Assembly: GCF_963921235.1 (NCBI RefSeq)
Contig: NC_086097.1
Coordinates: 214,212,001 to 214,276,000 of the forward strand
Length of the DNA stretch: 64,000 nt
Reading direction: 5' to 3'
DNA from: Mobula hypostoma
Taxonomy: Eukaryota
Part shown: positions 37,800-50,399 of the stretch, piece after piece
How the letters are laid out: every line of letters starts with the position of its first letter
How positions within the stretch are numbered: the first letter of the stretch is position 1
Notes under the pieces: model-generated
Database searches by the model: none
The model's input: the letters and a program-made list of their open reading frames with translations, nothing else
Told to the model about the DNA's origin: nothing
Translations under genes and position numbers: made by a program

Positions 37800-39984
37800 C
37801 CAATTGTCAGAGAATTCAGTTTAATTCAAAGTATTGTAAAAATTGATGCCTTAATAGTTAATTAAAGTATAGCTGACCATAGAGAGAAAAAACTCAGAGG
37901 TAATGGAGCGAGTCAAGAACGCGACTTCACTCCATGAGCGCTACCGGAAGTCTCCTCTCCCTTCTTGAAGGGTGGAGTGACATTTGCAATTTTCCAGTCG
38001 CCAGAACCATTCCAGAATCTAGTAATTCTTGAAAGATCATTACTAATGCCTCCACAATCTCTTCAGGCATCTTTGTCAGAACCCTGGGGTGTACACCATC
38101 TGGTCCAGGTAACTTATCTATCTTCAGATCTTTCAGTTTCCCCAAGAACCTTCTCTCTAGTAATGATAACTTCACATACTTCATGACCCCAGACACCTGG
38201 ATCTTCCATCATACTGCTAGTGTCTTCCAGGGTGAAGACTGATGGAAAGTACAGTACCCATTAAGTTCGTCTGCCATTTCATTATCCCCCATTACTACCT
38301 CTCCAGCATCATCCTCCAGTGGTCCAATATCCACTCTCGCCTCTTTTTTTTACACTTTATGTATTTGAAGAAACTTTTGGCATCCTCATTAATATTACTG
38401 GCTATCTACTTTGGTATTCTATCTTTACCTTCTTAATGACTTTTTTTAGGTGGCTTCTGTTGGTATTTAAAGGCTTCCCAATCCCCCAAGTTCCTGCTAA
38501 TTTTTGCTCTATTATATGTCCGCGTTGACTTCTCTTGTTAGGCACGGTTGTCTCATCAGAATACTTCTTCCTCTTTGGGATGTATATATCCTGTGTCTTC
38601 TTAATTGCTTCCAGAAATTCCAGCCATTGCTGCTCTGTTGTTATCTTTGCTAGTGTTCTTTTCCAAACAATTCTGGCCAACTCCTCTCTCATGCCTCTGT
38701 AATTTTCTTTACTCCACTGTGATGCTAATTCATCTGACTTTAGCTTCTCCTTCTCACATTTCAGGGTGAATTCAATCACATTATGATCGCTTTCTCCTAA
38801 GGGTTCTTTTACCTTAAACTCTGGTTCACTGCGCAACAGCCAATCCAGAATAGCTGATCCTCTAGTGGGCCCAACCACAAGCTGCCAACTCGTAGGCTTT
38901 CTGGAAATTCCCCCTCTTGGAATCCCACACCAAACTAATATTCCCAATCTATCTGCATATTGAAATTCCCCATGATGACTGTAATATTGCCCTTTTGGCA
39001 TGCGTTTTCTATTTCCAATTGTAACTTGCAGACCACATCCTTACAACTGCTTGAGGGTCTATACAGAACTCCCATCAGTGTCTTTCTACTCTTGCAGTTT
39101 CTTAGCTCTATCCACAATGATTCAACACTTTCCGACCTTATGTCACCCCTTTCTAATGACTTAATTTCATTCTTTACCAACACAGCCACGTCACCCCCTC
39201 TGTCTACCTGCCTGTCCGTTCTGTGTATCTTTGGACATTAAGCTCCCAATTATAATCTTTTTTCAGCCATGATTCAGTGATGCCTACAACATCATACTTG
39301 CCAATCTGTAACTGTGCCACAAATTCATCAGGCTTATTCCATATACTGCACATATTCAAATATAGTAACTTCAGTCCTGTATTCAGCTGCTTTGATTTTG
39401 TCCACCTTTTACATTGCAACTCATCCTGTTGACCTCCTTTACTTTCCAATTCCAACAGCTTAAGTCAGAATCAGTTTCTAAATGGTTCACCAGAGCACTC
39501 TGTTCTCTTTCCTACATAATTACTTCAAAAAAATTGTTATGTTAAAACATAACATGTTTAGAAAAATTTAACCACTGCACTTTATCTTTTTCATCAGTTT
39601 TTTAATATATTCTTCGTGAAAATATTTCAACAATTTAGCTTCAATTCTCCAAATAGAGTATTTCAATACACAATCTGGAATTATTCTGATATGAGGAACA
39701 AAAAAAACTACTTCACCAGAAAACAGAAGAATTGGCCATTAGCAGCTTATTGTATCAGCCCAAACATTAGTCACCTTCCACATTCTCTGAAACACCCACA
39801 GATGCAATGATTTTCCTTCGATAAAATTCCATGAAAGATTATAAGTCATTAATTAAATATGTTCGTAAATTCAAAAAAAAAATTCCCTAATTAAATATGA
39901 AACTTGCTCATTTTGGTCTACATCCCCATTGAAATTAATGGGATCACCAATCGTACAAAACACAACGCCCTGGTATGTGATAAC

Positions 39985-42245
39985 CCAATGTGCAAAGAAC
40001 CAGAATTGATCACAGAGCTTAACGCAAAACAACCCTTAGGAGAAAGTGATCATAATATGATCAAATTCACCCTGAAATTTGATAAGGAGAAGCTAAAGTC
40101 AGATGTATCAGTATTATAGAGGAGTAAAGGGAATTACAGAGGCATGAGAGAGGAGTTGGCCAGAATTGATCGAAATAGAACTCTGGCAAGGATGACAGCA
40201 GAGCAGCAACAGCTGGAATTTCTGGAAGCAATTTCGGAAGGTACAGGATATATACATCCTAAAGCAAAGATGACACAACCATGGCTAAAAAGTGAAGTCA
40301 AAGCCAACATACAAGCCAAAGAAAGAAAATATAATAGATCAAAAATTAGTGGGAAGTTAGAGGATTGGGAAGCTTTTAAAAAACAACAGAAAGCAACTGA
40401 AAAATCATACTTAAAGTGTCATTTTTAAGATAGAATACAAAAGTAAGCCAGCAACAATGTTAAGGAGGATACCAAATGTTTCTCCAGATACATAAGGTTT
40501 AAAGAGAGGCGTGAGTGGATATTAGACCGCTGGAAAACAAAGTTGAATAGTTAGTAAAGGTGGACCACCAAATAGCAGAGGAACTTAATAATTATTTTGC
40601 AATTCTTCACTGTGGAAGACAAGACCAGTATGGTATAAGTTTCAGGCGTCAGCGGGTATGAAGTGTATGATGTTACCATTACAAGAGAGAAGGTTCTTAG
40701 AAAACTGAAGGTAGACAAGTCACCTGGACCAGATGGTATACACCCCAGAGTTCTAAAAGAGATAGCTGAAGAGATTGTGGAGGCATTCGTAATGGTTTTT
40801 AAGGAATCACTAGGTTCAGGAATGGTTCCGGAAAGCTGGAAAATTGCAATTGTCACTCCACTCTTCAAGAAGAGAGAAAGGCAGAAGAAAGGAAACTATA
40901 AACTCAATGTTGCAGTCAGTTATTAAGGATGATGTCTCAGGGTACTTGGAGGCACATGATATAATAGCTGTAGTCAGCTGTTTCCTCAGGGAAAAATCTT
41001 GCCTGATTAATCTGTTCGAATCCTTTGAAGAAGTAATAAGCACGATAGACAAAGGAGAATCAGTTGATTTTCAGAAGGCCTTTGACAAGGCGGAACACAT
41101 GAAGGTGCTTAACAATCTATTTGTCGATGGTACTATAGGAAGGATTCTAGCATGGGTAAAGCTGTGGATGATTGGAAGCAAGCAAAGAGTGGGAATAAAG
41201 GGAGAATTTTCTGACTGGCTGCCGGTGACTAGTGGTGTTCCACAGGGGACTGTGTTGGGACCGATTCTTTTTATGATTTGTTTGATGAAATTGATGGCTT
41301 TGTTGCCAAATCTGCAGACGATATGAAGATAGGTGGAGGGGCAGGTAGTTTTGAAGAAATAGAGAGGCAATAGAAGGACTTAGACAGATTAGGAGAACGG
41401 GCAAAGAGATGGTAGTTGGAATACAGTGTCGGGAAGTATATGGTCATGCACTTTGGTAGAAGAAGCAAAAGTACATACTTTTTTGAAACTGAGAGAAAAT
41501 ACAAAAAACTGAGGTGCGAAAGGGTTTAGGAGTCCTTGTGCAGGATTTCCTAAAGGTTAATTTGCAGTTTGAGTCTATAATAAGGAAGTCAAATATGGTG
41601 TTAACTTTCATTTCAAGACGACTAGAATATAAAAGCAAGGACGTAATGTTGAGACTTTATAAAGCACTGGTGAGGCTTCACTTGGAGTATTATCAGGTTT
41701 GGGCCTCTTATTTAGAAAGGACGTGCTGAAACTGAAGAGGTTAACAAAAATGATTTCAGGATTGAATGGCTTGTCAGATGAAGAGTGTCTGATGGCTCTG
41801 GAACTGTATTGACTAGAGTTTAGAAGAATGAAGGGTGACCTCACTGAAACCTATCAAATGGTGAAAGGCCTTGACAGAGTGGATGTGGAGAGGATGTTTC
41901 CTATGGTGGGAGAGCCCAAGACCAGAGAACACATCCTCAGAATAGAGGGGTGTCCTTTTAGAACAGAGATAAGGGGGAATTTCTTTAGCCACTGGGTAGT
42001 GAATCTGTGGAATTCTTTGGCACAGGCAGCAGTGGAGGCCAAGTCTTTAAAAATATTGAAGGCAGAGGTTGACAGATTCTTGATTGGTCAGGGAGTGAAG
42101 GGATACGGGGGGGGGGGGGCGGCAGGAGGAAGAGGAGAAGGCAGGAAATTGGGACTGAGAGGAAAACTGGAGCAGCCATGATGAAATGGTGGAGCAGATT
42201 CAATGGGCCGAATGGCCCAATTCTACTCCCATATCTTTATAGCCT
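39985..42245 (+). mobile_element. Decayed CR1 LINE
   Basis: PLGESDHN, KSPGPDGIHPRVLKE, GVPQGTVLGP, and a CR1 3' end. Confidence 0.88.
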
Positions 42246-42674
42246 TAAATTCAGCAGTTTTACACCCTTAATTTGCTGCTACAGTATTAAAGTGGATACA
42301 TGCCAACAGATTCCTTCAGACCTCTAACGTTATTCTGAAAAATCCAAGCTAATAAAATGATGCACCATTCTAAATTTAAAATGAAATTTGCAAATGTAAA
42401 TAGAAATGCTTTTCAATGTTACTATTCTGATGGCAAATACAGACCTCCAATTTATTCTATAACAGCAAGTAACCATCTGATTAATAGTACAGTAGATTTG
42501 TTTTCAGATGCAAGATTGTAACTATCCTACCAATAACTTCTACATTTTAAAATTACTTTTACTTGAAACTGCTTGAATATTTTTATACTTTATATCAATT
42601 TGCTGCTGGATAAAGACCACAAATTTTGATCACTGGAATCCTATTCATGAGCTGATCATATACTAGATAAGAGC

Positions 42675-43710
42675 ACAAGACATAGAAGTAAATAAGGCCA
42701 TCCAGCTCATCTAGTTTGCTCCGCCATTCCATTGCGGCTGATTTATTATCCCTCTCAAACCCAATCTCCCACTTTATCCCTGTAACTTTTGGGGCCCTTA
42801 TAAATCAAGAATCTATCAACCTCCGCTTAAAACATACCCAATGATGTTATCCTAAGGCAACAAATTCCACAGATTCACCACCACCTAGCTGAAGAAATTC
42901 TTCCTCATATCTGTTCTAAAGGGGTATCCTTGTACTCTGAGGTTGTGCCATCTGCTCCTAGACTCCTCCATAATAGGAAACATCCTCTCCACATCCACTC
43001 TATCCAGATCTTTCAATATTCGATAGGTTTCAATGAGATCCCCTCTCATTCTTCTTAACTCTAGCAAGTACAGGCCTGGAGCCATCAAACGTTCCTCATA
43101 TGTTAATGCTTTTATTCCTGGGATCATTCTTGTGAACTTCCTATGGGCCCTCTACACCACCAACACATCCTTTCTTCGATAAGGGGCCCAACACCCTCTC
43201 CTCACCCTCTCCATGAACTGTTTGTTCTTCTGCCATCAGGCAAACATTACAGGATCATCAAAACTAAAACCACAAGGCTACTAAACAGCTTCCTCCCACA
43301 GGCAGTCAGACTGCTAAATAGCTGCTCTACCTGACTCTGCTTTGGACACTTTTAACTCGCACTGGACACTTATAACTGATTTAACTGACATGTGGCTGTT
43401 GTGATTTACTATTTATTGTTATGTTTATTATTTAGTGTTGCGTTTGTTATGTTATGATTGCACTGCTCCCAAGAAACGCTGTCTCATTCTGCCCTGCAGA
43501 GCTGTTGTATGGTTAGAATGACAATAAAGTTTTTTGAATCTTGAATCAAAACTGCTCACAAGTACAGTCTGACTAATGCCTTATAATGCAGAGTCTTTAC
43601 ATCTTGCTTTTATATTCTAGTCCTCTCAAAATAACTGCTATCATTTTTGCCTTACTTAACATCAAATCAACCTGCAAGTTAATCTGACAATCCTGCACAA
43701 GAACTCCCTA
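42675..43710 (-). mobile_element. CR1 3' fragment with a nested plus-strand Rex-like 3' end (about 43190-43545)
   Basis: ORF 42885-43127 (LRRMRGDLIETY). The nested piece encodes HPLHELF.LLPSG..NSFLPQAVRLLN and has an aataaa..(ttgaatc)n tail. Confidence 0.8.
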
Positions 43711-43872
43711 TTCCCAAGATGAGACTCCCAGCACACAAAGTATTCTAATTTGTAATTCCCAATTCTCGACACAAAATTATCTGCACAAAATGTTAGATAA
43801 TTTTTTCTGTACAGTAAAAGAGTTGACAAGTTCAGATAGATATAAAGGTATCGCTTTAACTTCAACTCTTTA

Positions 43873-44742
43873 GTGCGCATGCGCCAGTCATGCATGCAGC
43901 CTGTTACAGCCGTTCCAACTAGTTTTCTTACTTTTTTAAACTTGCATTACTTGTTGTATTTTTTTTTCCACGGTAACACGTTGAAGCTGCACCCTCTCCA
44001 ACATGTTGGTGGAGAGAGTTTTATTTGGTTTTTTAGCTCTGGAAATAGTTACATTCAGACACGTCTCATTAGCGAGGCAGCAGTATGGTCCTATTGTTTA
44101 TTCCAGGGACCAGCTGATTGCGCTTATGCTGGGCCGGTTTAGCGAACAGAGTGGTGGACACCCTGGCTGAAATCCGGAGGACAACACAGAGGATGCAGAG
44201 GGGGATCAAAAAGGCAAGGAAAGAGGACCGGATCGAGACGACAGAGACCTATGGAGAAGAGGAGTTCTCCACTTGGACTGCATGTGGACATACCCAACCA
44301 AAACTTTTCCATGAAGGGCTTCCAGACCGTTCGGGCTGACCGGAAATGCACTGAGAGCGGTAAGCGTAAAGGAGTTGGGGGCTTGCTGTTCTGGTTAACA
44401 ACAGATGGTGCAATCCTGCTCATATTACGATCGAGGAACGTGTTTGTAGCCCGGATATTGAATTTTTTGCTGTTGGATTCCGGCCATATTCCACCGAGAT
44501 ACAACACTGGGCATCATGGGAGGTCGTTCCTGCCTGTGACCATCGAACTTTGCAGCTCCTCCCGTGGAAGGTCAGACACCATGAGCCAATAGGCTGGTCC
44601 CGCACTTAACCATCCGGCATAGTTTGCATATTGCTGTTTGATTGTTTGTGGTTTTTGTATTTCTATATTTATGCTCTATTCTTGGTTGGTGCAACTGTAA
44701 CAAAACTCAATTTCCCTCAGGATCAATAAAGTATGTCTATGC
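43873..44742 (+). mobile_element. Internally deleted Rex/Babar/L2-group LINE (5' part fused to 3' end)
   Basis: An APE fragment (LHVDIP..GFQTVRADR..SGKRKG) runs directly into the C-terminal PPRYNT..RSFLPV and the 3' tail aatttccctcaggatcaataaagtatgtcta. Confidence 0.65.
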
Positions 44743-46637
44743 CTAATGTAACAATAAAGTATGTTAGCCCATTTCTAATTACTTTCCTGCTTAAAAAGAA
44801 CACTGAAACCACTTTTAGTGCAAGGAAAATGGAACATGAACAGAAAGAAAATCAACTATCGAGCAGGATTATATTTGCAGAAATGTCATCCTCAAAATAT
44901 GATGCCATTGTGAAAAAGTAACTTCTAACTCACACTAGTGGCTGGTCACAGAAGAGAGATTAGATAGAAATCAACACCTTCAGAAGGAAAGATGGGGAAA
45001 AAAGGGGATACAGAAAGCAACACTTAAATATTTAACACTTCGAGAATGTAGGTAATTCCTTGCAATTCCATGTGGTTTATCTATCAAATGCTGGAAGCCT
45101 TCTTCCCCAACACCTGTATTAGTTGGACAGTTATTCACTTAAATCACTTGATGCATCACCAAACTACATCAAAATGTTGTCTCAGTTAAAAATGTGTACT
45201 TAATAACTCCGCCACTGGATACATTTAATGGAATAAAAGTAATTGCCTTCAGTCTATGGTCTGCAATTGTAACACATGTGAAAATACAAGCAACTAAAAT
45301 GATCTGAACTTGCATGTGTTGCAATGTTAAATTGAAAGCCTGATGTTTTACTGCATCATCTAATAGAATGAGGCAAATTATTCCCAAAATGTGTGGAAAT
45401 TCATGCTTCTCAGTGAAATGAAGAAAAATCCCAGATGAAACAAAACACTTTGTGAAAATGATGATGGAAACATTCAACACATCAGGCAGCTGACTGGGTT
45501 AACATTTTTGAAAAAAGTAGCTGATCTACCAAATGCTTCCAGCATTTTATGTTTTAATTTCAGATTTCCAGCATCTGCAGTTCTTTTTTAAAAAAATACA
45601 TTTACAAAGCTGTGTATGAACAGCTGTAAATGCTACAATTAGAATTTAAAACATTTTATGCAACATCGAAATTGTCATGTTTACATGTGGGGTTTGCTAG
45701 CAATAAAATGGAATCATTAACTTTCTATTATTGCAACTATTGCAATTTGTGAAGACTCACAAGAACAACATAATAGATTTTTGACATTCTTATCAAAAGA
45801 GAACGTACTTGCTACTGTAGCAGATTCCCTGGGCTGGTTCTGGGGATGACAAGTTTGCTCTAAGAGATAGATTAGACCTGTAACCACTGGAGTTTGGAAG
45901 AATGACAAGTGATCTCACTGGATCTTACAAAAGTCATACAGGGCTCCAAAGTATAGATGCAGGTAGATAGTCTTCCCTGGCTGAAACATCTAGAACCATG
46001 AACCCAATATTGATTAAATGATAGACCACTTTAGGACTAAAATATTTTCCCCCCACTCAGAGATTGGTGAATTCTCTGCCTAGACGATTGTGAGCCTCAA
46101 CCACCGAGTTTAGTCAAAATTAAAATTGATAAGATTCCTGAATAATTAAGAAGGCAAAGAAAAAGGGGATAGCACTGAAGTAGAATATCAATCATGATGA
46201 ATGGTGAAGCAGACTGAAGAACAGACACCCTACTCTTGCTCAAAGTTCTTGTGTTCAAGTGACAAAGGATTTAGTTGGAACTTATTTCCATGCTCCTAAG
46301 CGAGCTTGGAGTGGCAGGCAAATGCAGTTTTGAGTTTAGTAGATTGCAGAAGACGGGAACGGGTCAGGAAAGAACTCTTACTATGAGTAGCAGAGGATGG
46401 AAGCAGGGCAGAAGAATTTAACACTGAGGCATCTGGTGAAAGTATGCTGACAAAGGGAGGTAGAGGTAAAGACACTGGCTGAATATTAAAGAGGGAAGGA
46501 AAAGCAGACTGCAGGGGGCAATACTCAAGGAAATTGTGTTCCAAGATTTTATGCGAGTACTTTTCATTAACGGTATTTTAATTACATGCAGGCCTTCCAA
46601 ATCAGCACTGCAAGATTTAGGTAATATTCTTTCAAAG

Positions 46638-46698
46638 CAGGGGTCCCAACCTCAGTTAATGGTAAGACTCCAGGGCATAAAATGGTTAGAAACCCCTG
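46638..46698 (-). mobile_element. hAT/Charlie-type MITE
   Basis: Imperfect TIRs CAGGGGTCCCAACC / GGTTAGAAACCCCTG. Its reverse complement aligns with 27524-27571. Confidence 0.6.
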
Positions 46699-47217
46699 TT
46701 TTAGAGGTACCCCACCACAGGTTTAAATTCCTCCACCCTGCATCACAGTGGTTTCACAGGATGGCTTGCAAAAGGGTATCCTGGAATAACACCTTGCTTC
46801 AAGGCCTGTGAGAAAGAATAAATTATAGGATTACAGAAAAATAAGGAGGAATGGAATCTCTGCTGAGAAGTAGCACCGAATTGCCTCTTTATGTCTCACA
46901 CGTATGAAGGAACAAATGAATACTGCTTAAAATAGCAAATAATCACCCCAATGCTGCATCACTCAGTACATAACTCAAACCACAAAGACTGGCAAAAATA
47001 AAACACAATTTCAAAACCTACAGCAGCACATAAAACATGAAATTTCAAACAAATTATTAAATAATCTTAAAGAACCAAAGCACAAAGGACCCACCTACCC
47101 CAAAACACAGCAAAAGTCCTACCAAAATATGAAACCAATGCGGTTAGGTAGAAATTGCTGTATTTGTTTTCAACCAACACCAGACATGAAACCTCTACAG
47201 GGGGAAAAAAAAGATAC

Positions 47218-47226
47218 CTTTGACCT
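47218..47226 (-). CDS. ASPH: Candidate 9-nt ASPH microexon, (E)VK
   Basis: ctttgtctttcctag|AGGTCAAAG|gtatct. Phase 1-1 and frame-preserving; gives ...SKK-EVK-..., resembling mammalian RR-ETK. The donor is weak. Confidence 0.42.
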
Positions 47227-47510
47227 CTAGGAAAGACAAAGATCGATCTGACTGAGGTTCAGGCAAATCCTGTATGAAATGCAAGCAATCAGCACAACAC
47301 ACAGTGCACAGACCTGCAGCGCACAAGTAAACAAGGAAGGTGCGTTAGAAAACGTGCAAACGCTCCCCACGTGATAACGCTATGGCAAGACGAGCCAGCC
47401 TTGTGCCCATTCCCTCCGTGCCCGGCTGTCCCATGGCATCCTGCTCCTTATCAGGAGTTAGCCATCAGCATCGGCTCCGGACTGCAAGCTCTCCCCTCCG
47501 GCCCTCTCAC

Positions 47511-47568
47511 CTTTCTTCGACCCCGCAGAGCTCGATCTGCTGTTGCTGGCTTTATTTTTCGAAACCAT
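47511..47568 (-). CDS. ASPH: ASPH first coding exon (P1), MVSKNKASNSRSSSAGSKK(D)
   Basis: gccATGG Kozak, 58 coding nt ending AAAG|gtgaga (phase 1, compatible with exon 2). The Lys/Ser-rich N-terminus resembles that of ASPH, and the exon lies in the CpG-rich non-repeat region. Confidence 0.88.
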
Positions 47569-47629
47569 GGCTTGCTTGATTGAAATGTAAAACGCGTGCA
47601 AACAAAAGAAGAAATCAATGGAAAATAAC

Positions 47630-47920
47630 CACCCTTCGCCCGCTCCCTCAGCTCAACATTAACTAAACTTCAACCCTCCGAGGTTGGAGCACGGCCGCAA
47701 CCTAATCTCAGCAACGTTATCGTTAATTGACGTCAAAGCGGTCCAACCAGAGGTCGGGTTCTCGGCAGTGATTGGATGAGAGCTATTTATGCCCGTCCCA
47801 CTCCCCGGGAGGGGGCGGGACAGCTTTGCTATCAAGGTAGAGTGAGGCGCAGCGTGCGCGCCGAGCGAACGTGGCAACATGGAAGCAGCGAAGGCTCGCG
47901 AGAGCTTCAGCCTGCTGTCA
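47630..47920 (-). promoter_or_regulatory. CpG-rich ASPH P1 promoter
   Basis: Local CpG enrichment, palindromic CRE TTGACGTCAA at 47727-47736, CCAAT on the minus strand at 47771-47775, ATAAATAG TATA-like at 47783-47790 and GC box GGGGCGGG within 47811-47820. Confidence 0.65.
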
Positions 47921-50399
47921 GTCCAGAGAGTGATCATCTGCAAAGGAATCTATTAGTTTGCTCCAGTTCGCCAGAAATTAGTTCAGTTCATATTCCTGAA
48001 TGGCTCTCATTTGTTTTAAGCAGTCACCCACCTACCCTTGAGGGTGCCTTGCTTCCACTCCGCAGTGACAGCGTCGCTAGGTGGTTGATGAGCTCAATTC
48101 TTATTGCGGAGACTTTGCAGGTGGGAGTAAGGTACTGTTTCTGTCTTCACACATCAGACTGATTTCACGAAATATGCCAGTGATATTAAACTTGATTCTG
48201 ATTCACTCTGTCTTCTGGGGTGGGCTTTGGATGGTTATTGGCAAGGGATTCCAACCTCAGTCACTTGCATCATTAAAAAAAAGCTCAAAAGTATATAAAT
48301 CCTCGGGGTCTGACTACGTGCATGCTTGGACTTTGTGGGAAGCTAGTGAAGAATGTAAATTGGTTTATTATTGTTATATATACCGAGATACAGCAAATAT
48401 ATATTACACGCCATGCATACAGTTCATTACACGAATTCATTGAGGTAGTACTATAAAGAGGTTAGTTTTATTTGTCAAGTGTACTTCAAAACATGCGGTA
48501 AAATGCATCATTTGCGTCATCGTGTTGCGATGGACTGGGGGCAAACGAGTGTCATCACGCTTCCAGCATCAACATAGCATGCCCACAACTACTAACCTTA
48601 ACCATACGTCTTAGATATGTGGGAAGAAGCCGGAGTATCCGTAGAATACATCAATTCGTGGCAGACAGTGATGGAAGTCGAGGCCCGATCGGTGATGGAG
48701 GGCGCTGTAAAGCGATTGTGCTAAATATTGCGCTTTTATGCCGAATGAAAACAATAACAGAATGCAGAATAAAGTACAGAGAAAGTGTTAGTGCAAACAG
48801 ACTGCCATAATGAGATAGTGAAGTCTAGGGGAGGCTTTCACTCCAATTGGATCTTAGTGGGGGCTTCCATTGGAGTGGAATTATTGAAGCGCTTGCATTA
48901 GGCACAGATGAAGTTCCGAAGAACTGTAGCTTTGGTAATGTTGTAACATTACTTAAGAAGAGCGGCAAAGAAAAGCCAGAGAACTACAGGCTGGCGATTC
49001 TGACATCAGCGTTACTGGAGGGATTCTGAGGGACAGGATCTACCAGCATTTGAACAGACAGGGAATGATTAGAGATAATCCGCACAGTTTTGGGCATGGT
49101 AAATTGTGTGCCTCAAGTCTGTCTGAGCTTTTTGAAAAGGTAATCTAGAGGACTGATGATGGGAGGATAATGATCATTGCCTTTATGGACTTTAGCATAC
49201 CCTTGCAAGATCCTGCACAAAAGGCAACTGTGAAGAATGGTCTGTGTATGTGATGAGCTGCAAGAGGATGTGCTTGAGTCAGACAGAAATAACAGCATTT
49301 AAGAAATGTGAACAGGTATATGGATAGGAAGGACTTAATGGGATATGCAACAAATATGGGCAAATGGGTCTAGCTTAGGTTCACATCTTGGTTGGCATAG
49401 ATGCCAACCAAAATGGCATAGGCCAAATAACGTGTTTTCCATGTTTTAACGAGATTAAGAACATCTTTGAATGATTTCATTTGTGCTACTGATCGCCTCT
49501 TGCCATTACTGAGCTCAGAGTGGCATACCTGTTTCGGGAGTGTGCAGCTCACTGGGCTCTGCTGAGTTTGATTTCTGCCTTAAAGGGAGAAGACTCTGTC
49601 ACGGCATTGCTTACCCAGCCAGTGGATCTGCTGGATTTTACAGAGACAGAAATGTGGATACTTCGCCAGTGCACTGAGGTACCTACTGTTAGTAATTCAT
49701 ATCCTTGTTGGACCTCAGTATCCTCCAGAACTAATTTTGTTACCATTATTTTTAAAAGGTTAAATTGTGGAGATCACTGAATGGATTAAATAGAGAACAG
49801 TCCACCATTCAATGCTACTTATCACAGCATAGATTACCTGGCCATTTCTCACTCAGACAGTGACATAATCCAACAGGCACCAGTGCCTGGATAAGAACAG
49901 TGCTATCTATGCAAATTTGGTGAAACTGATAACTGCACTTCAAGGTGAGGGCAGACGACATTTTGCATAAAACACTGCAGTGTAACGTGAAGGGTAAGTT
50001 TACGTGTCGGTCAAAAGCCATCTCTGCCTTGCTGGTCATCGGATGGCCCATTCGAAGGGCGCAGCAGCTCTTTCCCATAAGACCAGAGGACATAGGAGGA
50101 GGATTAGGCCATCCAGCCCAAGATTACGCTGCCATTTCATCATGGCTGATCCCGAATCCCACTCAACCCATACACCAGCCCTCTCACCATATCCCTTGAT
50201 GCGCCGACCAGTCAGGAATATATCAACTTCTGCTTTAAATATAGCCACAGACTTGGCCTCCGCCGCAGTCTGTGGCAGAGCATTCCACAGATTCACCACT
50301 CTCTGGCGAAAAAAAATCCTCCTTACTTCTGCTCTAAAAGGTCACACCTCCATTTTGAGGCTGTGCCCTCTAGTTCTGGTTACCCCTACCAGAGAGATC

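Larger units (their letters stand above)
32050..37954 (-). mobile_element. Full-length, apparently intact L1-clade LINE (5905 bp)
   Basis: 12-bp TSD CTCTCCCTTCTT at 32038-32049 and 37955-37966. 5' end GAGACTTCCGGTAGCGC, 155-nt 5'UTR, two open ORFs, AATAAA at 32068-32073 and a short A-rich tail. Confidence 0.96.
30740..39440 (-). mobile_element. Older decayed CR1 LINE split by the L1 insertion (30740-32049 and 37955-39440)
   Basis: RT motifs to the left of the L1, PGPDG and APE motifs to its right. The sequence is continuous across the TSD. Confidence 0.88.

Noticed and set aside
47060..47195. Second acceptor (ttttccccctgtag) after the 9-nt microexon
   Set aside because: The reading frame runs to a stop without ASPH-like sequence, and I found no convincing donor.
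47371..48443. Plus-strand ORFs around the ASPH promoter (possible divergent gene)
   Set aside because: No recognisable protein motifs or exon structure. Such ORFs are expected by chance in GC-rich promoter DNA.
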